Positions 55,328-63,759 of a stretch of 64,000 nt of DNA are shown one piece after another. Below the pieces are notes generated by a model. The model had not been told where the DNA came from. It saw only the letters and a list, made by a program, of their open reading frames with translations, and made no database searches. Made by a program: the position numbers and the translations under genes. This stretch comes from a virus. The stretch covers positions 1-64,000 of the IMG/VR virus record IMGVR_UViG_3300037805_000525. One strand, 5' to 3'. How positions within the stretch are numbered: position 1 is the stretch's first letter; every line of letters begins with the position of its first letter.

Positions 55328-56223
55328 GGTGCCTCGTCCAGGTATCCGCGCAATCTCTTCGCGAGGTCCTTTTTTATACGTGATACTCGGTAGCTTTCGA
55401 TGCCGAGCTTTTCTGCGATCTCGCCGGTGCCCAGCATGGGGGCCCCGAGCCCTACAACGTGTCGGTAGACCTTCTCGTCTTCCCCGTCCAACTCGTACAC
55501 GAACATGCGCATGACCTCAGTCTCGCGCTCCGTGGTCATTGTGGTGGGGTCAACCTCAAAGTTCTGACTTACCAGGTCCCCACGTAGCTCAGTGTCCATC
55601 CGGGCGACTTCGGCCTCGGACCAGTCCAGGTGGTCCGCGAGCTCCGCGTCTGTCGGTGTGCGCTTGTGCTGCTCGGACAGTTCCGCGTGAGCGACGGAGT
55701 ATCCCTGAATCTTGTAAACACGGTTCTCTGGGATGCGCGCCACATTCTGGTGCGCGGCCACGTAGCGCTTCACCTTGTGTAGATGGTTCGCAATGTGGGT
55801 GTTGAGCTGTGTTCCACGTTCCGGGTCGTACGTGCGCAGTGCCTTGACCGTACTTAACTTGTACTGCGCCATCAGTGCCTTGTCCGGGATCATCCGTACG
55901 CGGCCCATGTGAATCTTGGCACGTGATTTGATGAACGGGGTCAGGCTCTTCATCAGCGGGGCGAGCTTCTCAGGATCTTCGCCAGAGTCCTTCCACGCCT
56001 GCCACATCGCCATCTCAGACTCACGTCGAGACAGCTTCATGGCGTCGGCAGCACGCTCTTTGACGCCATCACGCGTGTAGCGGGTGACGATGGTGAGCGC
56101 GCCGTCGCGCTTCTTGCGCAGGTGGGCCTTGACGTCGATGCGTCCGGCGGGTCCGGCGGGTGCGCGCTTCTTCTCGGCGAGCTTCAGAAACTCCCCGATA
56201 TGATCTTCACTCGAGGTCGTCAT
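55324..56223 (-). CDS. RNA polymerase sigma-70 family sigma factor (SigB/F/FliA-like regions 2-4)
   Basis: KALRTYDPERGTQLNTH (region 2), RIPE...LSEQHKRTPTDAELADHLDWSEAEV (region 3), GEIAEKLGIESYRVSRIK (region 4 HTH). Confidence 0.88.
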   Translation of the reverse strand: MTTSSEDHIGEFLKLAEKKRAPAGPAGRIDVKAHLRKKRDGALTIVTRYTRDGVKERAADAMKLSRRESEMAMWQAWKDSGEDPEKLAPLMKSLTPFIKSRAKIHMGRVRMIPDKALMAQYKLSTVKALRTYDPERGTQLNTHIANHLHKVKRYVAAHQNVARIPENRVYKIQGYSVAHAELSEQHKRTPTDAELADHLDWSEAEVARMDTELRGDLVSQNFEVDPTTMTTERETEVMRMFVYELDGEDEKVYRHVVGLGAPMLGTGEIAEKLGIESYRVSRIKKDLAKRLRGYLDEAP

Positions 56224-56271
56224 CAGTCACCTTTACGGAAGTTGGCGCACACGCCGGAGAGGGCGGTGCGA

Positions 56272-57042
56272 CTACTCCGACTCGGGGCGGAAGTTGAGCG
56301 TCTTGCCCTTGAGGATCGTGGCCGGCTTCTTGCCGAGATTTGCCTTGGCTGGGCCGGCGACGCTGGTGTTCAGCGCGGGGAGCTTGGCCGAGGCCGGGAC
56401 ACCGCCGCTCGGGGGCTTAGCACCACCAAGCCCACGAGCAGGCGTGGGTGCGTCGATCCCACCAGGTGATGTGGCGCCCATGACGCCGCTGCCGCCGCCA
56501 GGGATCTTCGCGTCCTTCGCGAACTTGTACATCTGCCGGATGCAGCGTGGGTCGAAGATGTTTACGAGGTTGTCGTCGGGGTGGCTCATATGGGCTCCTT
56601 GCGTGCTCGAGTTATCCGAGCTGTTTTTCATCATACCAAGTCCGGCGCCTGCCAAACCTGCATATAGCAGATGTTTCGGTGCGAGCCCTGGGCGAGTGGC
56701 TCCTGCGGCGGCACCATACATGTTTCGCAGGCGGCTGGCGCCCAGGCCAGCTTCAGCAAGCGTGTCGACCACGGCACCGCGCTGCGAGGCCGCCTGGTTT
56801 CTTATCAACGCCTCCATGCTACGCCTGCGGCGATCGAACTGCCACTTGCTAAGCAGTGGAATGTCCCCTTGCCCGCGCGCGAGTGCGGCCTCGAGACGTT
56901 GTGTGGTCACCTTCTTAGGAAGGCCGAAGAAGTGGTCCATCTTCGTCACAGGGCGCCCAAGTCCAGCGAGGCTGGTGGCGTCGTAGGGTAGGCGCTTTGC
57001 GCGGCGCCCCACTGCTTGTAGGAGTAGCTGCTTCAGGGACAT
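56272..57042 (-). CDS. basic low-complexity probable internal virion protein
   Basis: AGGAG RBS; MYKFA motif; Gly/Pro/Lys-rich. Confidence 0.55.
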   Translation of the reverse strand: MSLKQLLLQAVGRRAKRLPYDATSLAGLGRPVTKMDHFFGLPKKVTTQRLEAALARGQGDIPLLSKWQFDRRRRSMEALIRNQAASQRGAVVDTLAEAGLGASRLRNMYGAAAGATRPGLAPKHLLYAGLAGAGLGMMKNSSDNSSTQGAHMSHPDDNLVNIFDPRCIRQMYKFAKDAKIPGGGSGVMGATSPGGIDAPTPARGLGGAKPPSGGVPASAKLPALNTSVAGPAKANLGKKPATILKGKTLNFRPESE

Positions 57043-57102
57043 TGGTACGCTGCTCCTGCGTGGGGCGGTTAGCCTACATAGTACACGTGGTCTAGGGGCT
57101 AC

Positions 57103-57138
57103 CCAAATAACAGGTGCTGCGGGGTATAAGAACTACGT
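57103..57138 (+). promoter_or_regulatory. phage promoter motif
   Basis: CCAAA-N15-GGTATAAG. Confidence 0.8.
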
Positions 57139-57166
57139 GCGCGATGGTCGCGCGTAGGAGGTAGCT

Positions 57167-57976
57167 GTGCCGGATATTATTCACGTAGTCGCCATGTGTG
57201 TGTCAGACAAGTCGTGTGGGGTGCGTAAATACTTGGTCGGGCGCCGAGCACCCGGCCGTGACTACGAGGGTCTGTGGGAGTTCCCTGGTGGAAAGACGGA
57301 GGTCCACGAAACCTCGTACGATACTGGGCGCCGCGAGATGTTTGAGGAGCTCGGGCTGGCAGCAGAGGCAGATGAGCTAATCGCCTCCGTGCACGTCGAC
57401 CGCCAAGACGCCCCATGTTTTGTGGTGCATATCTACGAGGCCACCGAGGTGTCCAGCCTCGACTGGGACCTCGACTCCGCGCTACCCCTCTGTTCGATGG
57501 ATGGCAGCCACGACCTGATCGAAGCCAAGACGCTCGAGGAGATCGGGAACTTACCTTGCGTCCCATCCATGGACCCGCGGGTCCTGTGGCGCCTGTCGGC
57601 GCACTACGATGACAACTTCGTGAACCGTGCAAGTACGTTGGTGCACACGCGGCGAGCCCTGCAGTCTTCCGACGCTGCTGCTGAGTCCTTCCGCGCGCTA
57701 ACACGTGGGTGCGACCCCTCTAGGCTCTCCACTCACATGTACCGGGGAAGCGTTCGTCGGTGTAACGCCGCGGATTGGGCGGTGCTGCTGGCCTATCACC
57801 AAGACGTCGGTGATAAGGACGCTTACGAAATGTTGACGAGCGAGCTGCCGAGCGTCGGCATGCTCCGTACACTCAGAAGGGTTGTGGATGAATGGGTAAT
57901 CAAAACGAACCTGCTGCTCGATGCGGCTCCTGCGGCCTTGTCCGTCGACGAAAAGGAGACGCGGAGCGAAACCTAG
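57167..57976 (+). CDS. MutT-like Nudix hydrolase with C-terminal extension
   Basis: GLWEFPGGKTEVHETSYDTGRREMFEELGL is an intact Nudix box; AGGAGG RBS after promoter. Confidence 0.9.
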   Translation: MPDIIHVVAMCVSDKSCGVRKYLVGRRAPGRDYEGLWEFPGGKTEVHETSYDTGRREMFEELGLAAEADELIASVHVDRQDAPCFVVHIYEATEVSSLDWDLDSALPLCSMDGSHDLIEAKTLEEIGNLPCVPSMDPRVLWRLSAHYDDNFVNRASTLVHTRRALQSSDAAAESFRALTRGCDPSRLSTHMYRGSVRRCNAADWAVLLAYHQDVGDKDAYEMLTSELPSVGMLRTLRRVVDEWVIKTNLLLDAAPAALSVDEKETRSET

Positions 57977-58114
57977 CGATCATCCTCATGACCATCGCAT
58001 CCTCGCCTTCAGACGAGGACATCGAGCTCCCGCCAGATGATGTGTGCGACGTGTTGGCGAGATGCTGGAGGCCTGACGACGACTCGTGCCGGCGGCACCT
58101 AGCGCGCGGGGACG

Positions 58115-58152
58115 CGTAAGAATAGGGGGGCACGTGCCCCCCTATTCTTACG
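58115..58152. terminator. 38-bp perfect palindrome, bidirectional terminator with TTCTTAC on both strands
   Basis: CGTAAGAATAGGGGGGCAC/GTGCCCCCCTATTCTTACG. Confidence 0.75.
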
Positions 58153-58157
58153 TATCA

Positions 58158-58174
58158 ATATCACAGTGTGATAA
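58158..58174. repeat. 17-bp palindrome copy 15 (AGT), between convergent genes
   Basis: ATATCACAGTGTGATAA. Confidence 0.95.
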
Positions 58175-58357
58175 TTACTGTTTCTTGGATGAGCCGCCCG
58201 GGTCACAGATCTCGTTGAGCGACGTACGCCGAGCCACCTGTACTAATCGGAGGGTGCAGCATGCACGCTCTCCGGCCTCCCCTCGGGGGAACATGTCACG
58301 TACAGCCTGTTGCGCAGTGCGCGGCTCCTGGGCCTGTGTTCCGGGGCTATTCATCAT
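58175..58357 (-). CDS. small hypothetical protein
   Basis: Overlaps the stop of the hub gene. Confidence 0.35.
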   Translation of the reverse strand: MMNSPGTQAQEPRTAQQAVRDMFPRGEAGERACCTLRLVQVARRTSLNEICDPGGSSKKQ

Positions 58358-61300
58358 TTGTCGTCCGCCTCTTCAGCAATGCGCCCTGTAGTAGCTTGGC
58401 GCGTATGTAACGTTCTTCACGAACGTCGATGGTGGGCGAGACGGGCGTCTTGGCCGTCTCCCCGGGTGATGGTTTTATGAACTTGGGTATCAGTTCGCTG
58501 CCGTCCCACCGAAGTAGTGCGTTGGCGGGGATAGGTGCGCCGTCGCGAGAGTCGTAGTCAAGTGTGCCCCACACAGCCCGCGAGCGGCGCTCACCGCTGT
58601 AGAACGCCTCCGCATGGAAGCCGGACCGCTTCGGGTCCCACAGCAGCGCCTCCGCCTGGTCTCGGGTATTTATGTCGATGTCCAGGTTCGCGTTACCTGC
58701 GAACATATCGGCGAACCCGGCGTACTTGCGTGCGATGTACCCGGTTGTGTAGTAGGGGACGTCGCCGCCGGCGTTGCGGATTTCAACCCACGTGCGCGCC
58801 AAGTGCTCCGCCGCGTCGAGTATCGAGTGCTTCTTCTCGAAGAACGTGCGTGGTACCTCGAATGTCTGGTCGCTCGATGGATCCTCTACGTCGAGCTGGA
58901 CAGTGACGTTGACCGCCTCATCCACCAGGTTGCCCTCGCTGTCGAAGTCTCCCGCTCCGGATGGGTCCAGACTAAGGACATCTGAGCTTGTCACGTCGGC
59001 GACGCTGCGGGATGCGGTCGTCCGAACGCCGATCCCCTCAGTGGCCTCCGCACCACGCGCGTCCGTGAACGTACCTTCGTCGATTATGGACGGGCACCCA
59101 ACTACGATGTCGTAGTACTCCTTGCCGATGTTTGACGCATAGAACGACGCGTCAAACCAGGGTGGTGTCAGCAGGTCCTCATTGTCGTACGTGACGGTGA
59201 CCTCCTTAGAGGACGTGCCGCTCTCATAAATGTCGACCACCACACCACTATGTCCGGATAGGCTGGACTGTTTACCGTTAGGGCCGTCGGTGAGTACGTT
59301 GTACCTGTAGCTGACAAACCGCGCGCCTGACGGGTCGATCTCCTCCCCGCCGTACCCGAGTATCTCGCGGTCGCGCCCAACAAGTCCCTGCTCCGCATCC
59401 TGGTCGTTGTAGTTCTTCACGCTGGCCACATACTTGCGGCCCTTGACGCGAGCGTACTCACGCGCACCAGGCTTGAGCGCGAGTGGTGCGCCGTGGCCGA
59501 GAGGCCCGCCCGCGCGCCCGGTGAACCCGGTGCTGCCGGGTACGCGGGCTTCGGTCTTTATGTAGTCGCTGAGCGGTATCACGCCTACTGGTGTCCCAAC
59601 TGGCGTTCCGCTTAGTACATCCGCGCTCGGGCCGGTCGCGTTGTAGACCTGCTGGCTAACAGCTGTCGTGTGATCCTGGATCATGAACAGCTTGTCCAAC
59701 GCACCCAGCTTCCGCCGGATGCGCGCGTCACCCTTCTCGTTGAAGAGCGCGCCGTCCGCGTGCGGAACCACGAACTGGCCCCCGCCCGTGGGCGTAAGCT
59801 TCCTGCGGAACCTACGCATAACATCACGGCGGACCTGGCCCCTCTCCTGGAAGAGGTCTAGGTGCTCGTCGTGGTACCTGCATTTGGTCAGCTGCACCGT
59901 CGTACTCGTGTGGCCGTCGGCGAGGCCATGCGATACGGAGCTCACCATCCCTAGAATGTGCCGCGCGGTGTGTGGCGTTGCCGCGTCGTCAGCAAGTGCG
60001 TGGTCGAGGACCAGCGCAGGAAGGCCGGGCACCAGGTTAGGCATGTACTGCCCAGTGACGGTGCATTGTCTGGAGGCGAAGCGGCTCAGGTAGAAGTAGT
60101 AGTTCGCCGCACGCTGTAGGTAGTTGTTTTTTGTATGCGCTGTGCGGTTCTCGGCCTCCTTCTTACTCACGCGCTTGGACCGGATTGCGGCCTTCATGAT
60201 CCGCCCGAACGCGTCGTCCTCGTCTGCCGACCGGATGTCGGGGATGATGCCGGTGAACCGCTCGTGGTCCATGATGAACCGGTGGCCTTTTGTCACGGCC
60301 TCCTTCGCGGAAATGGTCGCAGATGTCTTGGACTTGGCCTTGAACCCGAGCATGTCGACATTCGGCGCGAAGTACATATTTTTCTTGTCACGCCCGCTGT
60401 TGTAGCGGGTGAACAGCCACAGGCGCGTTGTCTCTGTTAGCCACCGACGCGTAAGAGTGACTGATGTGATCTGGTTAGGGAATATGGTGTTGCACTTCGG
60501 CGGCGGCGCCATGTACAGGTCAGGCATGAGCAGGTACGCATGGAGGCGGTCTCCATACTCGGCATCGACCTCGGTGGTCTTGTATATGCCGTGCCTGCCT
60601 GTACGGAGGTGTTTCAGTGCCTCCGCGAGCAGCCCTCGTGCGGCGCGGAGATTCGGAAGGTTATGTTGGAGGTAGGCGCCCTGAGAGACGGCGACTAGCG
60701 CACTCAACGGGGCGCGCCACGCCGCGAGCAGTGCGTTTAGTCCGTTGCGCAACTTCTGCAGCTTGGACTTGGACCCCGCTACTGACTCCGCCTCCTTCTC
60801 GAACTGCGCCTCCAGCTTTTCGATACCACCTGCGGCGTAGAACGCGGGGAACCCGGTGCCTGTTATGCGCTTGTCAAACAGCGCGTGTTGCTTGCCTGCG
60901 GGCTCCAGCTTCGTGGCGCCTAGCTCGCTCTGCGCGGTGTCCCACCGTGATATGTCCACGCCGTCTGGCGCGGTACGCACCACCTTGATCGCGAAGTCTA
61001 GTCGCGTACGTACGATCTTCTCCATCTGGTCGACCATCTTGAACAGGCGGTCCGCCTCTGTGCCTGCGCCCACGGTTCCGATTCGTACACTTACCTTGCG
61101 CTTCCCGCGCTTGCTGTTGAGGGGCATGTACGGCGGCGCGAGCACCCCAGCAGTACCGTGGAACGTCTTGCCTAGTACTGCGTGTATGAGCTGAGACACG
61201 CTCGCCGTGGCGCGTATGGAGCTGCTAATCCTACGGAAGTGGCGCTTGAACGACGCGTCGTCGATGAACAACCTGGACGTCGTGTCTGAGAACGGGAGGC

Positions 61301-61997
61301 CCAGCATGTGGGTCAGATTCAGGCGGACACCATTGAACGTGAGGAAGTCGTTCAGCCCCTTCGCATACCTGAACACCTTCGCAGTGTTGGTCTTTACCTT
61401 GTTTCCGTGTGAGTTAGGCCCTCCCGGATAAGCCCCGACCGCCAACTCAATCAGGGATATGACGCTGCCGCTGACGCCGTTCAGATGCGGGGCCGAAGTT
61501 GGTTTGCGGCTTAGGATCATCGGAAGTTGGTTGTGCCCGGTGTTCTTCCCGATCTGCGTCGTGACGGCTCCCGCGAATGCGGTACGTCGCGTGTCGTGTG
61601 CGCTGAGGGATCGCGAACCCCAGTACAGCTTCGCGTGGTCCAGGTAGCTCCACATGCCCGTGCACGAGTACGCGACCACCTGCCCGGTAGGTGTGCTGCG
61701 GTACGAGTACGAGTCGATCTCGCCCACGAACAGTAGCTTCCACAGGGAAAGATCATGATGTGAGCTTGCGTGCGTAAGGACGCCGTCCGGTGCGACAGTC
61801 ATCCCATTGTGCGCCTCGAAGTACCACACGGTCACGTACGTGCGTGGCTTCAGTAGCGTCGCTTCACGCACGTATGGTACTGCGATCTGCGCCTGCGTCG
61901 GCGAGCCGATCCCGCCGGACACAGACACAGAGGAGACGGGGACCTCTACACCCTCAACGACCAGGCGTGTTACAACTTTGCCGCCGCTTACAGACAC
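58347..61997 (-). CDS. baseplate hub-like (gp27/GPD-type) structural protein, 1216 aa
   Basis: RLVVEGVEVPV...AQIAVP...LKPRTYV..WY...LLFVGEI...SC...SYLD; later C.VTG.Y.PNLVPGLPALVLD...G.VSSV.H. Confidence 0.65.
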   Translation of the reverse strand: MSVSGGKVVTRLVVEGVEVPVSSVSVSGGIGSPTQAQIAVPYVREATLLKPRTYVTVWYFEAHNGMTVAPDGVLTHASSHHDLSLWKLLFVGEIDSYSYRSTPTGQVVAYSCTGMWSYLDHAKLYWGSRSLSAHDTRRTAFAGAVTTQIGKNTGHNQLPMILSRKPTSAPHLNGVSGSVISLIELAVGAYPGGPNSHGNKVKTNTAKVFRYAKGLNDFLTFNGVRLNLTHMLGLPFSDTTSRLFIDDASFKRHFRRISSSIRATASVSQLIHAVLGKTFHGTAGVLAPPYMPLNSKRGKRKVSVRIGTVGAGTEADRLFKMVDQMEKIVRTRLDFAIKVVRTAPDGVDISRWDTAQSELGATKLEPAGKQHALFDKRITGTGFPAFYAAGGIEKLEAQFEKEAESVAGSKSKLQKLRNGLNALLAAWRAPLSALVAVSQGAYLQHNLPNLRAARGLLAEALKHLRTGRHGIYKTTEVDAEYGDRLHAYLLMPDLYMAPPPKCNTIFPNQITSVTLTRRWLTETTRLWLFTRYNSGRDKKNMYFAPNVDMLGFKAKSKTSATISAKEAVTKGHRFIMDHERFTGIIPDIRSADEDDAFGRIMKAAIRSKRVSKKEAENRTAHTKNNYLQRAANYYFYLSRFASRQCTVTGQYMPNLVPGLPALVLDHALADDAATPHTARHILGMVSSVSHGLADGHTSTTVQLTKCRYHDEHLDLFQERGQVRRDVMRRFRRKLTPTGGGQFVVPHADGALFNEKGDARIRRKLGALDKLFMIQDHTTAVSQQVYNATGPSADVLSGTPVGTPVGVIPLSDYIKTEARVPGSTGFTGRAGGPLGHGAPLALKPGAREYARVKGRKYVASVKNYNDQDAEQGLVGRDREILGYGGEEIDPSGARFVSYRYNVLTDGPNGKQSSLSGHSGVVVDIYESGTSSKEVTVTYDNEDLLTPPWFDASFYASNIGKEYYDIVVGCPSIIDEGTFTDARGAEATEGIGVRTTASRSVADVTSSDVLSLDPSGAGDFDSEGNLVDEAVNVTVQLDVEDPSSDQTFEVPRTFFEKKHSILDAAEHLARTWVEIRNAGGDVPYYTTGYIARKYAGFADMFAGNANLDIDINTRDQAEALLWDPKRSGFHAEAFYSGERRSRAVWGTLDYDSRDGAPIPANALLRWDGSELIPKFIKPSPGETAKTPVSPTIDVREERYIRAKLLQGALLKRRTTNDE

Positions 61998-62074
61998 AGC
62001 ACCACCCTCAGGTAGTCATCTTCGTGAACTTCGATGTTACTACAGATGCGCAGCGGCGGCACAGCAGTGCTTGA

Positions 62075-62091
62075 TTATCACAGTGTGATAT
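62075..62091. repeat. 17-bp palindrome copy 16 (AGT), between co-directional late genes
   Basis: TTATCACAGTGTGATAT. Confidence 0.95.
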
Positions 62092-62100
62092 TGGCGCGCG

Positions 62101-63552
62101 CTACAGGAACTGCATACCCTGCGCGCCGCGATTGTCGTACGCCGGCGGCTTCCAGGTGGCAATCACATCAGGCGACTTGCCTGTTACAGTGCCGCGCAGC
62201 GTGGTGGCTACCGCGGGTACGATGGCGTACGCCATCTTGTCCACAATCTGCTCAACGCTGCCCTCGGTGAAGTACGGAGCAGGGACGCCGCGTGCGGCAA
62301 TTGCGCTACTCCCCCAACCTACACCAGCTGCGAGCGAGCTCGTTATCGTACCGAGATAGCCGAACCAAGCGTTCACCTCACCACGCTGAACGCCCATGTT
62401 GGATTCGAAGTCGCCAGTCTTGGAGACGCCGAGGGCGGTTTCGACCTCGAGCACCGCCGCGGTAGCGCCTGCGTGCAGCACTGAGCGAAGTGATTGCACC
62501 GCTGTCGCCTGCAGGTAGTTCGCGAAGTTGGCTGGGCCACTCAACGCGGCGAATGCCCCGCGCCGTACGGCGGCCAGCGACTCGCCCACGAACTTCTGTG
62601 TGAACGCGTCCGGCGAGGCGCCTGGTACATCCGACTCAGCTGCGGCTGCTGCTGTGGCAGTGATCCACTTATCGCCGAGCACAGGCAACCAGTCGATAAT
62701 CGACTTACGCGTCGAGTTCATATACCTCCCTGGCCTGATCTGCGCGGTGGCCTCCACCTGGTTGTAGTAGTTCCCCTTCCCGGAGAGGAACCCCTTCGTG
62801 CTGGACAGGTCGACGTACCGCGTAACCAAGAACGACATACTGAACGGGAGTAGAGTGTCGGTCTGCGCGTTCTGGCTTGCGGACGCGTTGAGCGGGTACC
62901 CTTCGATCAACACGTCGTCAAACACCAAGTACATCCGCGCATCCATGGCCAGTAGGCGGGACGCACGAAAGAAGTTGTCGTAGTTCTTCCAGAAGACCGC
63001 ACGCCAGTTGAACTCAACTGTGTTGAACAGCTGCCCCGTCAGGTTCAGTACAACCGGCTTCTGGCCGTACGCGTACAGGAAGTTTCCGGAGAACGTCTCG
63101 AGGAGCTGCGTTTTTTCGACGCGCTGTTCCTGGATCCCGGTGAGCGACCAGTCGGTCCATGCGTAGGAGTTCGGCTTGTCGAGCCGCGCCTTGTTGCGTG
63201 CTTGGTCAACGTCAGGCTGTGCGGGTAGTCCGGCGGAGTTCACACGCAGTCGGACGTTGTCCGCACTAACGTCGATATCGCTTAGATTGCTGTACAGCTC
63301 TACGGGCGTGCCATCCGACCGAACAACCTGTGCGAATGCGAAGCTATCTGGCTTCGTGGAGTGCCCGACGTACGGCCGGGACACACGTGTGGTGTCCGTG
63401 ACGTGCCGGCTGATCCCTGCGCGCTGCTCTGGCGCCCCGTCGTACAGGCCAGGGTGCTCAAGTCGTGACTTGATCGAGGGGATGTACGACGCGCGCGTCG
63501 ACGCTGCGGTGAGGAACGGATCGGGCGTAATCATGAACGTTGGGTGGGCCAT
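62101..63552 (-). CDS. tail-tube-fold baseplate protein (tube initiator-like)
   Basis: QEQRVEKTQLLETF...YAYGQKP..L..TG.L.N...NW...Y..FFR.S......RMYL.FDD..IEGY; GGAGG RBS. Confidence 0.6.
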   Translation of the reverse strand: MAHPTFMITPDPFLTAASTRASYIPSIKSRLEHPGLYDGAPEQRAGISRHVTDTTRVSRPYVGHSTKPDSFAFAQVVRSDGTPVELYSNLSDIDVSADNVRLRVNSAGLPAQPDVDQARNKARLDKPNSYAWTDWSLTGIQEQRVEKTQLLETFSGNFLYAYGQKPVVLNLTGQLFNTVEFNWRAVFWKNYDNFFRASRLLAMDARMYLVFDDVLIEGYPLNASASQNAQTDTLLPFSMSFLVTRYVDLSSTKGFLSGKGNYYNQVEATAQIRPGRYMNSTRKSIIDWLPVLGDKWITATAAAAAESDVPGASPDAFTQKFVGESLAAVRRGAFAALSGPANFANYLQATAVQSLRSVLHAGATAAVLEVETALGVSKTGDFESNMGVQRGEVNAWFGYLGTITSSLAAGVGWGSSAIAARGVPAPYFTEGSVEQIVDKMAYAIVPAVATTLRGTVTGKSPDVIATWKPPAYDNRGAQGMQFL

Positions 63553-63603
63553 GTGCGCGCCTCCAGCAGGTCTGGCGGTTGCCCGCGGTTGGGGATCTTA
63601 CGC

Positions 63604-63747
63604 CTATTTGGGGGGGACCGGAATGGTGCGTCGGGGCACTGTAGGCGCGAGGGCTGCCTTCTGTGCGCGGCTTGTGGTCCGCACTGCCTGTTGGATGCGG
63701 TGCTTCGCCAGGAGCAGCTGCTTGAGTGTCATCGAGACCATGCGCAT
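63604..63747 (-). CDS. small basic protein (47 aa)
   Basis: GGAG RBS; MTLKQLLLAK; below the ORF-track cutoff. Confidence 0.45.
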   Translation of the reverse strand: MRMVSMTLKQLLLAKHRIQQAVRTTSRAQKAALAPTVPRRTIPVPPK

Positions 63748-63759
63748 GTAGCACTCCGA

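Noticed and set aside
7421-62091. Palindrome series as a CRISPR array or integron attC array
   Set aside because: Spacing is kilobases, units hold several genes with their own promoters, two copies are intragenic, and no cas or integrase gene or attC core was seen.
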